NCBI GenBank assembly: GCA_017991375.1
Contig: JAGOQP010000004.1
Span: 6,499-70,498, forward strand
Direction: 5' to 3'
Origin: Minisyncoccota bacterium
Lineage (GTDB): Bacteria > Patescibacteriota > Minisyncoccia > UBA6257 > JAGOQP01
Length of the DNA: 64,000 nucleotides
In this document: positions 9,061 to 17,638 of the stretch, piece by piece
How positions within the stretch are numbered: position 1 is the first letter of the stretch
Layout of the letters: the number at the start of each line of letters is the position of its first letter
Notes under the pieces: model-generated
What the model was told of the DNA's origin: nothing
Database searches by the model: none
The model's input: only the letters and a program-made list of their open reading frames with translations
Program-made: the position numbers and the translations under genes

Positions 9061-9541
9061 AAACAAATACTTTTAGGAAGCGGGAAGGTGGGCAAACCAC
9101 CTTCCCATATTTGAACAGAAGCTTCTTACTCTTTTCTTCCTCGAGCGCTTTACAGACCACGATGTATTCAAGATCGTCCGTAGCCTCCGGCTCGTGAAGA
9201 AGTATTGAAAGAGCTTTGGCCTAGTTCGCTGTCGGCTATGACTTGGGTTGGTTTGTTGGTGGCACTTTTGCCTTTTCCTTGTCTGACGTGCCAGCTTCCG
9301 CCTGCGAAATTTCTGGCATATGAAGTCGCATGCCGGTCACGACATCGAGCCCGCCGCTCAAGCTGCACAGACAGGTAAAGCGACCGTGGTCGTCTTGTGG
9401 GAACATTTCTGCCCCACACCGAGGGCATGTCGGCCCGCGCCCATGACGACGCATGTACTGATCAGTTTCATCCCAGTACCCCATGCGACACCTCCTTTGT
9501 TTTGTTATTAGTTTTGAAGCTTCCTAAAAGTACTTGTTTTA
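9061..9541. mobile_element. IR-bounded GC-rich insertion (MITE/IS-remnant-like)
   Basis: The left end aaaacaaatacttttaggaagc (9061..9082) and the right end gcttcctaaaagtacttgtttt (9520..9541) are inverted repeats with 21/22 matches. The interior is about 55% GC against a ~40% background. A strong hairpin, gggaaggtgg-gcaaa-ccaccttccc, sits just inside the left IR. Confidence 0.4.
9236..9484 (-). CDS. small zinc-ribbon-like protein carried on the IR-bounded GC-rich element
   Basis: 82 aa: MGYWDETDQYMRRHGRGPTCPRCGAEMFPQDDHGRFTCLCS..., with a CxxC ... CxC arrangement. A strong SD (aaggaggt) sits 5 nt upstream of the ATG on the minus strand. GC-rich codon usage is unlike the neighbouring genes. 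Confidence 0.45.
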   Translation of the reverse strand: MGYWDETDQYMRRHGRGPTCPRCGAEMFPQDDHGRFTCLCSLSGGLDVVTGMRLHMPEISQAEAGTSDKEKAKVPPTNQPKS

Positions 9542-9840
9542 AAGAGCAATGCATCAAATAACTACCCCACTTGCCACATACACACCCTTCCGTAGTCCAC
9601 CACGGATGGACGTAGAGGGTCCACCCCGGGCCCGTCGAAGAACTACACGCTATCTGCCATAAGCTTATTAGACACGCGCTACATTACCCCTACCATAGAG
9701 CCGATAAAAATAGAAGTCAAGGCATAGCGTATAAGTAACATAAAAGAGCGCCATTTCATCGTTGTGTTATTGTAAAAAATCAATACTCTTTTTTCTTATC
9801 CTATTCTCTCTCCTCTCTATACACACCCTTCATCACCCAT

Positions 9841-9878
9841 TTGACCCCTTTTTTCACGATCGTGAAAAAAGGGGTCAA
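9841..9878. repeat. 38-bp perfect palindrome, copy 1 (TTGACCCCTTTTTTCACGATCGTGAAAAAAGGGGTCAA)
   Basis: Exact palindrome. It has the 5' flank tcatcacccat, which is shared with copy 3. It lies about 50 nt upstream of a TGnTATACT extended -10. Confidence 0.9.
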
Positions 9879-9918
9879 TCATACACTTCTATAAGTTATC
9901 AACACTCATATACATTTT

Positions 9919-10040
9919 TGTGATATACTTTTTAGTATCATGAGAACATTGGCAGAAAATGGTGCGCGCGCCAACACGGTGTGTCAGACATACGTGACCC
10001 CGTAGCATGTTAACGTTCCGCCCCGATGGGCGGTTTTTGT
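9919..10040 (+). ncRNA. candidate small transcript / leader: extended -10 promoter (tgaTATACT, 9921..9929) to intrinsic terminator (10018..10040)
   Basis: A TGnTATACT extended -10 element is followed about 100 nt later by ccgccc-cgat-gggcgg plus tttttgtt. The transcript would contain a 22-codon ORF (MRTLAENGARANTVCQTYVTP*) with no SD. It ends 50 nt before the 10092 gene. Confidence 0.3.
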
Positions 10041-10091
10041 TAATAAAGTCACGCCTCCATTCACTGCTCTATTATAAGTAACACAACATAT

Positions 10092-10661
10092 ATGTTTGAA
10101 GGCGCACAACAAAGCGGAGTCGCTCCGCTATCGCCCACTCCGCAATCACAAACAAAACGATTGTGGAAATTTGTCGGCATGTTTGTCGGGATTATCATTA
10201 TCGCCGCAGGTATTTATTACGGATGGGAGTATTATCTAAGCCCATCGGCGCGCGGGCGCATAGATGCCAGCACTATGCAAAAAAACTACGAACAATTTGC
10301 GCAACAAAAAGCTCAATATGAAGAAGCGATGAAGAACGATACTTATGGAGGGAAAACACCAGAGGAAACGCTTTCTCTGTTTATTTCAGCCCTTGAAAAA
10401 GGCGATGTCGATTTGGCAAGTAGATATTTTCTTATAGGAGAGAAAATTAGCCAGAGCGAATGGCGCGACGGCATACAAAAAATGAAGGACGCAGCACAGT
10501 TGGGATTTATAATAAATGATATAAAGTCATCTGAATTATTGGAAAGGTCGGAAATGCTTAATTACGCAATATTTAGAACAACAAATAAGGAATCGGGGCC
10601 TCATGACATATCGCTTAAACTCAATACGTATTCAAATATTTGGAAAATAGAAAGTTTATAG
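10092..10661 (+). CDS. hypothetical membrane-anchored protein (single N-terminal TM)
   Basis: 189 aa with one N-terminal TM segment (FVGMFVGIIIIAAGIYYGW) and a soluble C-terminal domain. No recognisable motif. It is probably co-transcribed with the nuclease gene. Confidence 0.5.
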   Translation: MFEGAQQSGVAPLSPTPQSQTKRLWKFVGMFVGIIIIAAGIYYGWEYYLSPSARGRIDASTMQKNYEQFAQQKAQYEEAMKNDTYGGKTPEETLSLFISALEKGDVDLASRYFLIGEKISQSEWRDGIQKMKDAAQLGFIINDIKSSELLERSEMLNYAIFRTTNKESGPHDISLKLNTYSNIWKIESL

Positions 10662-10704
10662 AAACCATGCTTTCAGCACATTACAAATATTATATCTACC
10701 ATCT

Positions 10705-13700
10705 ATGCACTCTATTAATTCAAAAAGAGCGTTTTTTGGAGCCCTGGTACTCACTGTGTTATCGGGGCTTTTTTGTTCTCATCCAGCACTCGCCTATCAA
10801 CCACAGACACACCGCTTTATTACCGAGCAAGGCATATCCCTCTATAACAAAAGCCACCCCGATGCTCCTATTTCAGAAAGCGCGATATCGTTTATGACCG
10901 ACGGAGCGCGACGAGAAGACGATCCCCTGCGATGGTTAAACCATTTCTACGATCCGATAAGCAAGAAGGGGCTGAGTCACAACGGAGCGATTGACCCCCT
11001 TTTTCAATTTGGTACATGGGAATCATCAAAGCTGTGGGCACAAGACGAACAGAACCAAAGTCGTATCGTATACTCACCCCTTATCGCGACGATTTTATCT
11101 AGCATCCAACAAAAGCAAGTTGAAAAATTTTTTCCCACATCAATATTTACCTGGGACCGCGCCATTACATATTGGGTAGAAGGAAACATTGAAATGGCTA
11201 TGGTAACGCTCGGTCACGTACTTCATCTTACGCAAGACGCCTCTGTCCCCGACCATACCAGAAACGATCCACATGTTTCCGGAAGTCCTTATGAAGATTT
11301 TGTTGGAAAATCAAATGTATTAAAAACGAATAGCAGTATCATTTCTTTGGCAAAAGAACAGCACAAACCGCTTTCATCCCTTGAGAACGCGTTTGATCAG
11401 ATAGCTCTTTATTCAAATAATAATTTCTACAGTAAAGATACCATTGGCATACAAAGTGGATATGAAGATCCACAGCCAGATTTTTTTCAAAAGGAAGGAA
11501 CGAAATACTTCGGTATTAAAAATGGCATAACAAAAGATTACAAACTATACAAAAGTCTTTTGGGGAAAAGCTATTTCTTAACAAATAATTCATTAATTAC
11601 ATTAGCAGATGAAGATGTCCTCTCCGATTATTGGTCTCTTCTTGGTCCAAAATCAATAGCGAATACAGCTGGGGTAATTGAGTTATTTTTTAAAGAAGCT
11701 CGAGCGGCACAGCGTAATGCCTCTATTAGCCACGAAAAATCATTTTTTGCTCGAATTGTAGACGCCGCAAAAGGAGCTATTATCGACTTATTCTCATCGG
11801 CAACAAATCAAGACGAGGAAATTATCACCATTCCAATCTCAAACACCTCGCCAACTCCGAGCGTAAGCCACCAAGCCACGCCAACACCTTCCAAAACCGT
11901 TGCGCCGACAAAATCGCCAACTCCTTCGCAACCACTAATCACAACATTTCCCACTCGCGCGCGTGTACTGAGAATTATTGATGGAGATACTATTGTACTT
12001 GAAAATAATATAACCGTGCGATATCTGGGAATTGATGCTCCCGAACTGGAGGATAGCACAACAAAGAGTGGGTGTTTGGCGCAAGAATCAAAACAGCGCA
12101 ATACAACACTTGTTAACGGAAAAACAATTTCTCTTGAGTACAGCGGCGAGAAAACCGATTCATTCGGACGATTACTTGCTTATGTCTCTGTCGACAACGC
12201 GCTGGTAAATCAACAACTAGTCCGCGAGGGGTTGGCGTATGCGTATAACTTCAACCACCCTCATCCAAAGGAAATGGTTTTCTCGTCTGCTCAAGAAGCG
12301 GCGCGAAAAGATAAGATTGGGTTATGGGGATCTTCATGCGCACCCACGCCGACGCCATCTCCCTCATCAACACCAAAAATAACTCAAAAGACAACAAAAA
12401 CATCCGCTCCGTCGTGCTCGCTTATTTCCTCTCAAACCCCGTCACATAATCAACTTATTATAAACGAAGTCGCATGGATGGGATCTCCCACAAGCGCCAA
12501 TGACGAATGGATTGAGTTAAAAAACATAGGATCTTTTCCTATTACATTATCGGGATGGTCGCTTGCCACTCAAGATGGGAATCTCCGTATTGATCTTTCA
12601 GAATCAAAGCGACTTGTTATACCTCCTGACCAGTTTGTATTACTCGAACGAACAAATGACGCAAGCGTTCCTACTATCACTGCCGATATTATTTATAGTG
12701 GGGCTCTTTCAAATTCCAACGAGCGTCTTATGCTCTTTGATCCCTCATGCGCTCTTATAGACGACGCGCTCGCGGGATCATCATGGCCAGCTGGGGATAA
12801 CGCGACAAAGCGAACAATGGAACGCGCCCAATCTGGATTTGGATGGCACACATCGCAAGAAAGCGGCGGGACGCCAGGGAGAGAAAATTCATATCAATCT
12901 TTTGGCTCGGGCGGTGGGGGAGGGTCATCGGGGACATCGCCTTCTCCATCGTCATCGCCTACCCCGTCACCATCAGCGTCGCCCTCTCCGTCTCCGACAC
13001 CAACAACGCTACCAAACGTGCGCATCAATGAAATCATGTATAACCCAGCAGGGGCTGATGATGATCACGAATGGATAGAGATATATAACGAAGGATCAAT
13101 TGCTTTTGATGTAACGTCTTTACGTCTTATTGAAAACGAAACGGCGCATATAACTTCCGCAATCGGGCAAACCACTATCGCTCCATTAGAATACGCTATT
13201 ATCGCCGACGACGTAGATACCTTTTTGACTGATCACCCTGGATTTACTGCTCCCGTATTTGATAGTTCTTTTTCTCTGAGCAACGAGGGAGAGTCCCTTT
13301 CTCTTTCATATGACAATCAAATAGTACACAGCGTACCCTATCAAGCTACGTGGGGAGCAAATGGCGATACATCATCGCTTCAATTTATGAATCCGGGATG
13401 GTACGCCTACCAACCGACGCCCGGAAAAGAAAACACGCCCTCACAAGAAATCACATCAGACCCAATATCCGCGTCGACACATATACTAATCAGCGAAATA
13501 CAGGTCGCGGGGGCATCTCCTGATGATGAATTTATTGAACTATACAACCCCACCGATTCATTCATATCACTCCGTGATTATTCCATACAATACATCAGTG
13601 GACGCGCGGAGACACTTTCTGATCCTTATAAGAAAAATTTTCCCGATGATGATCTTATTGCCCCTCATGGGTTTTATTTGCTAGCAAACGGGGGTGGGTT

Positions 13701-15363
13701 ATTTGCTCAAAAAGCCGACATGACATGGAATAGCTTTTCTCTTTCGGGAGAATCAAAGGGAGGAATTATCGTTCTTGTTGCTACCACCACGCCCATCACC
13801 ACACTGGCCACCTATCCCATTATTGACCAAATCGCCTACGGAACACCAATTCTTCAGCCATCAGCAGCGCCACTCCCCGATCCGAGCATGAGCATTGAAC
13901 GAAACGCCCTTATTTCAACAAAATGCTTCATCGCACAAGGCGCCTACCTTTTTAGCGGAAATGGATGCGACACAGACGCAACAAGTGATTTCATAGTCAA
14001 TGAAAATCCTTTTCCACAAGGGTCATCCAATTTAGCAGAACCCAGATCGGGACCAGGATCCCCTATATCATTTGAAGCGTTATATGATCCGAGTACATTT
14101 GTGCTCTCACTCTCATGGATGCCTGCTGACGAAAATAGCTATTATGTTCCAGAAAAATCCATAACCACGAATCCATCTGATGGTTTTATTTCTCTAGGAA
14201 CTACCACTGACTTAACAAGTCAAGCACGAATGATAGACATTGGCTTAGATTACACCATACAAGTTACCGCATATGATGCCGATGGATTTCCTTCTGCACC
14301 GGCGACAACAACTATTTCCATGCCGGGAATGCTTACTCATCTTTATTTTTATGAAACATCTCCGGGATCGGAAGCATATGTTCTTGAGCCAATATTCAAA
14401 ACCTATCCATTCGTTATTGATCCAAACATAAAAGAAGATATCCCCCACTGGAGAGCACTCGCATTTTTTCTTGATCAGCCAACTATATCAGTTATGCCGC
14501 AATATCCGTACGGTAGTATTGAAGGCATAAGTGGCGGGATGCAAATAACCCACCCCACTTGTATAAATCCTGATGGGACCATAGTTACTCAAGCAGTGAC
14601 TTTTCCCGACACGGCTGGTATGTGTGGAAGTGGTGGAGGAATTTTCAACTCAACGTATCCATACGCATTACTTGAAGATAATCGCGTTCGCCTTCCAGTG
14701 GCGCCAGACACTGCCGCTCAAATTACTCCAACGTCTACCGTTATTGTCGCGTTCTTCACCTCGGGAAAATCAACTAACGGCGACGGACGTTATCCTGAAT
14801 TCTTACGTGTAGTGGTCGATCGATTTCCCGTCTCTTTAGGAGAGCCCCCAGAACCACTACCACCAACACCCCCTGTTATTACCACCACTGCCGATAATTT
14901 TGATCCAATCCGTGAGAAATTAGTTGTAACATGGGATGATTCGTCCGATCCCGACTCACTTGATCGTTATATCGCTTATGAATTTCGCGGCGGCGCCTCT
15001 ACTCAACCCATAACCGATTACCCGTGGTTGCCGGCCGTACGCAGTATTGATGGATCAACGTATGTAGAACCAAGCATAGAGGCGCGCCAAGGAGAAACAT
15101 ATGTTATTCATATGCGCGCTGTTGATGAAGACGGGCATTATTCTGATGTTTCCACTATACCTATTTCTATTCCAGCTACAGAGATGCTATTAACGGCGCC
15201 GCTGTTGTTTTCTGCGCCTCCGTTACTGGATGACAAAAATGTGAGTAGCGCATCCAGCACTGACGAATCTATTGTCCAACCAACAACCCCATCTGAGACG
15301 CTACCAGAAAATCCAGCAACCACGCCGGCGCAAAACTCAACAGAAACAGAGGACAATGTATGA
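10705..15363 (+). CDS. giant secreted multidomain nuclease: Zn-dependent PLC/S1-P1-like N-domain + staphylococcal-nuclease (SNase) domain + three lamin-tail domains
   Basis: 1552 aa with a signal peptide. The N-domain has WLNHFYDP...LGHVLHLTQDASVPDHT, matching the zinc ligands of PLC / S1-P1 nucleases. The SNase domain is VLRIIDGDTIVL...VRYLGIDAPE...GRLLAYV...NQQLVREGLAYAY. Three LTDs follow (LIINEVAWMG..DEWIELKN; VRINEIMYNPAG..HEWIEIYN; ILISEIQVAG..DEFIELYN). The domains are separated by PSPSPTPT linkers. Confidence 0.8.
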   Translation: MHSINSKRAFFGALVLTVLSGLFCSHPALAYQPQTHRFITEQGISLYNKSHPDAPISESAISFMTDGARREDDPLRWLNHFYDPISKKGLSHNGAIDPLFQFGTWESSKLWAQDEQNQSRIVYSPLIATILSSIQQKQVEKFFPTSIFTWDRAITYWVEGNIEMAMVTLGHVLHLTQDASVPDHTRNDPHVSGSPYEDFVGKSNVLKTNSSIISLAKEQHKPLSSLENAFDQIALYSNNNFYSKDTIGIQSGYEDPQPDFFQKEGTKYFGIKNGITKDYKLYKSLLGKSYFLTNNSLITLADEDVLSDYWSLLGPKSIANTAGVIELFFKEARAAQRNASISHEKSFFARIVDAAKGAIIDLFSSATNQDEEIITIPISNTSPTPSVSHQATPTPSKTVAPTKSPTPSQPLITTFPTRARVLRIIDGDTIVLENNITVRYLGIDAPELEDSTTKSGCLAQESKQRNTTLVNGKTISLEYSGEKTDSFGRLLAYVSVDNALVNQQLVREGLAYAYNFNHPHPKEMVFSSAQEAARKDKIGLWGSSCAPTPTPSPSSTPKITQKTTKTSAPSCSLISSQTPSHNQLIINEVAWMGSPTSANDEWIELKNIGSFPITLSGWSLATQDGNLRIDLSESKRLVIPPDQFVLLERTNDASVPTITADIIYSGALSNSNERLMLFDPSCALIDDALAGSSWPAGDNATKRTMERAQSGFGWHTSQESGGTPGRENSYQSFGSGGGGGSSGTSPSPSSSPTPSPSASPSPSPTPTTLPNVRINEIMYNPAGADDDHEWIEIYNEGSIAFDVTSLRLIENETAHITSAIGQTTIAPLEYAIIADDVDTFLTDHPGFTAPVFDSSFSLSNEGESLSLSYDNQIVHSVPYQATWGANGDTSSLQFMNPGWYAYQPTPGKENTPSQEITSDPISASTHILISEIQVAGASPDDEFIELYNPTDSFISLRDYSIQYISGRAETLSDPYKKNFPDDDLIAPHGFYLLANGGGLFAQKADMTWNSFSLSGESKGGIIVLVATTTPITTLATYPIIDQIAYGTPILQPSAAPLPDPSMSIERNALISTKCFIAQGAYLFSGNGCDTDATSDFIVNENPFPQGSSNLAEPRSGPGSPISFEALYDPSTFVLSLSWMPADENSYYVPEKSITTNPSDGFISLGTTTDLTSQARMIDIGLDYTIQVTAYDADGFPSAPATTTISMPGMLTHLYFYETSPGSEAYVLEPIFKTYPFVIDPNIKEDIPHWRALAFFLDQPTISVMPQYPYGSIEGISGGMQITHPTCINPDGTIVTQAVTFPDTAGMCGSGGGIFNSTYPYALLEDNRVRLPVAPDTAAQITPTSTVIVAFFTSGKSTNGDGRYPEFLRVVVDRFPVSLGEPPEPLPPTPPVITTTADNFDPIREKLVVTWDDSSDPDSLDRYIAYEFRGGASTQPITDYPWLPAVRSIDGSTYVEPSIEARQGETYVIHMRAVDEDGHYSDVSTIPISIPATEMLLTAPLLFSAPPLLDDKNVSSASSTDESIVQPTTPSETLPENPATTPAQNSTETEDNV

Positions 15364-15419
15364 GATAAAACTACAAGTAAATGAGATACAAAAAACCACT
15401 CGACATCTGAATATTCTCC

Positions 15420-15457
15420 TTGACCCCTTTTTTCACGATCGTGAAAAAAGGGGTCAA
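15420..15457. repeat. 38-bp perfect palindrome, copy 2
   Basis: Identical to copy 1 over all 38 bp. It lies between the nuclease stop (15363) and the 15528 gene. Confidence 0.9.
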
Positions 15458-15527
15458 AAACCGACAAGACCAATGAGCACACCGGCGATCAAACAATCAA
15501 CACACCAACTATTAAAATAAAATCCCT

Positions 15528-16091
15528 ATGATTTACGCACATTCCGCTTGTTATAAATATAAACACAAATACTCGGCATCAATAGCACTTCTTAAATTAC
15601 TTATCGGCTGTGGGCATGTTTCGCTTGATGAATTTTTAAAAAACTCCAACAAAAATTTAACTAAAGACCAATTGTTAAAAAACCGCAAAGCGTATCACAA
15701 AATGATACATAAGTTACACCAAGAGGGGCTCGTCGAAAAAATAGACGACAGAAGAAAATCGCCAGTGAAAGTGGTGTCTGGCAAATTATCTACCCTTAAG
15801 GAAAAGCTACTCAAAAAAGACTTGGCCCAACATACATTGAGAGATGGGGGTCAAAAAAGCATGTTTCCAATAATTGTTGCGTTTGATATACCAGAAAAAT
15901 ATAGAACAAAAAGAGATTTCCTTAGACGATTACTCCAGTCATTAGGGTATCAGATGATACAAAAGAGTGTGTGGATCGGCTATTATAAACTGTCAAAAGA
16001 TTTCATGGACGAGTTAAGAGAAATTAGAATTCTTCCTTATGTTGACGTATTTTCAATAAACCGATCAGGGACTATTAGAAAGTACCAATAA
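15528..16091 (+). CDS. solo winged-helix + Cas2/VapD-like domain protein (putative regulator or nuclease; no cas neighbourhood)
   Basis: 187 aa. The N-terminal half looks like a wHTH (LDEFLKNSNKNLTKDQLLKNRKAYHKMIHKLHQEGLVEKID). The C-terminal half, MFPIIVAFDIPEKYRTKRDFLRRLLQSLGYQMIQKSVWIGYY, follows the Cas2 beta1-alpha1-beta2 pattern (compare YDITDD..RNRVAEFLKKMGKRVQYSVFEC). The first codon in the track may not be the true start. Confidence 0.5.
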   Translation: MIYAHSACYKYKHKYSASIALLKLLIGCGHVSLDEFLKNSNKNLTKDQLLKNRKAYHKMIHKLHQEGLVEKIDDRRKSPVKVVSGKLSTLKEKLLKKDLAQHTLRDGGQKSMFPIIVAFDIPEKYRTKRDFLRRLLQSLGYQMIQKSVWIGYYKLSKDFMDELREIRILPYVDVFSINRSGTIRKYQ

Positions 16092-16129
16092 TCACCACCA
16101 TACTCTGCTTATTTTGTGTCATCACCCAT

Positions 16130-16167
16130 TTGACCCCTTTTTTCACGATCGTGAAAAAAGGGGTCAA
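16130..16167. repeat. 38-bp perfect palindrome, copy 3
   Basis: Identical 38 bp plus the shared 5' flank tcatcacccat, as in copy 1. It lies 39 nt after the stop of the 15528..16091 gene. Confidence 0.9.
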
Positions 16168-16359
16168 AGAATACACATAACACGCATAAAGCGGTGCGAT
16201 ATAAAACTGGTGGGTATAGCAACTATTTCTGTTCCGATAATAAGCGTAAGAAAACACACTCTAGATTTTTTTGAGTGTTGTTCACTTGCGATATTTCCAC
16301 ACGTTTTAGAGAACAGATTTTGATAACACTGGAAAAAACGATTATATTTTACTCCTTGT

Positions 16360-17634
16360 TTATTCCTCGCGTTCGGTGAGAGTAACGCTTAGTTTCATTT
16401 CTTTTCCTGAACGAGAAATAACAACCTCAACAATGTCTTTAGGACTTTTTTGAGCTACTAACGCGGCAAGTGAATGACTACTATCAACAACACGCCCATC
16501 AAAGGAAATAATAACGTCCCCTTCTTTAATCCCCGCTTTTTCGGCCGGAGAGTTTGGTTCAACCGCAAATCCCTCCCCATCTCCTTTCACCAACGCTCCT
16601 CTTTCCACTGATAAATTATATTTTTTTGCGGTTTCGGCGGTAAGCATAGTGTAACGCACTCCCAGATACGCGACTTTAAGCGTGCCATTTGAACGCACCG
16701 ATTCAATGGATTTTTTTGCCGCGTCTATAGGGATCGCAAACCCGATACTCTGGGCACCTGATACCATTGCCACATTAATGCCGATGACCTCGCCGCGTAG
16801 GTTGAGTAGGGGGCCACCACTGTTTCCTGGATTTATTGCCGCGTCGGTTTGAATAACATTTTCAATTGTTTCTGACTGACCGCGACCATCTGAGGCAACC
16901 ACGGTGCGAGAAAGACCCGATATAACTCCTTTTGAAATAGTATTCCTAAATTCTCCCAGCGCATTCCCAATCGCAATAGCTGTCTGCCCCAACTTCAGAT
17001 TTTCTGAGCTTCCTAAGGCAACTACTGGTAAGCCGCTCGCTTTTATTTTAATGATTGCCACATCGAGTGATGGATGCCGCGCAAGCACCGTAGCCGCGAA
17101 TTTCCCTCCGTCGTTCGTAAATACCGTATAGTCGGCTTTTGTATCCGAGACCACGTGTTTATTCGTTACAATAAGTCCATCTGATGACACAATAAATCCC
17201 GAGCCCCCTCCAACGCTTTCTTTGCGTGTTCCTTTCTGACATGGTTGAGAGAACTGAAAACCTCCCCCGAAAAATTGCTGAAACTCTTCTGGGAGATCTC
17301 CAAATGGGTTAAAGGGGCATTGTTCTATAACCGGAATGTCTTTGTCTATTACGATAGAGACCACCGCGGGTGAAGCTTCTGATACTGCCTGTACCACCGC
17401 GTCTTCGTACGCGACTCCACTATTTTCGTTTTTTTCTAATATTGGCGCTGTTGTCTCTTGGGGTGAGCGCTTAAATAATTCTTGATACCATTTACCAAGC
17501 ACTGACGCGTGACTCGATGAGGCCTCCAGCAAGGACCCCACCATACTTATCATTAGCACCACGCCCACTAACGAAATGGGGAGCGCGTAGCGACGCACCA
17601 TTTTTTGCATGCGAGATAGTTTGTGTGAAAGCAT
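16360..17634 (-). CDS. htrA: HtrA/DegP-family serine protease with PDZ domain
   Basis: GNSGGPLLNLRGEVIGIN is the catalytic-Ser motif. His and Asp regions (TNKHVV, DVAIIKI) are present, followed by a C-terminal PDZ domain, with an N-terminal TM anchor. Confidence 0.85.
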   Translation of the reverse strand: MLSHKLSRMQKMVRRYALPISLVGVVLMISMVGSLLEASSSHASVLGKWYQELFKRSPQETTAPILEKNENSGVAYEDAVVQAVSEASPAVVSIVIDKDIPVIEQCPFNPFGDLPEEFQQFFGGGFQFSQPCQKGTRKESVGGGSGFIVSSDGLIVTNKHVVSDTKADYTVFTNDGGKFAATVLARHPSLDVAIIKIKASGLPVVALGSSENLKLGQTAIAIGNALGEFRNTISKGVISGLSRTVVASDGRGQSETIENVIQTDAAINPGNSGGPLLNLRGEVIGINVAMVSGAQSIGFAIPIDAAKKSIESVRSNGTLKVAYLGVRYTMLTAETAKKYNLSVERGALVKGDGEGFAVEPNSPAEKAGIKEGDVIISFDGRVVDSSHSLAALVAQKSPKDIVEVVISRSGKEMKLSVTLTEREE

Positions 17635-17638
17635 ATTA

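Noticed and set aside
9541-9840. possible tRNA or other RNA gene in the GC-richer spacer (ggtccaccccgggcccgtcgaag)
   Set aside because: No T-loop (GTTCRANYC) or acceptor/anticodon stem arrangement could be built by eye. No tRNA could be supported anywhere in the window.
9841-16167. 38-bp palindromes as a CRISPR array or as classical intrinsic terminators
   Set aside because: There are only three copies, separated by 5.5 kb and 0.7 kb, which is far outside CRISPR geometry. None is followed by a U-tract on either strand, so simple Rho-independent termination is unlikely.
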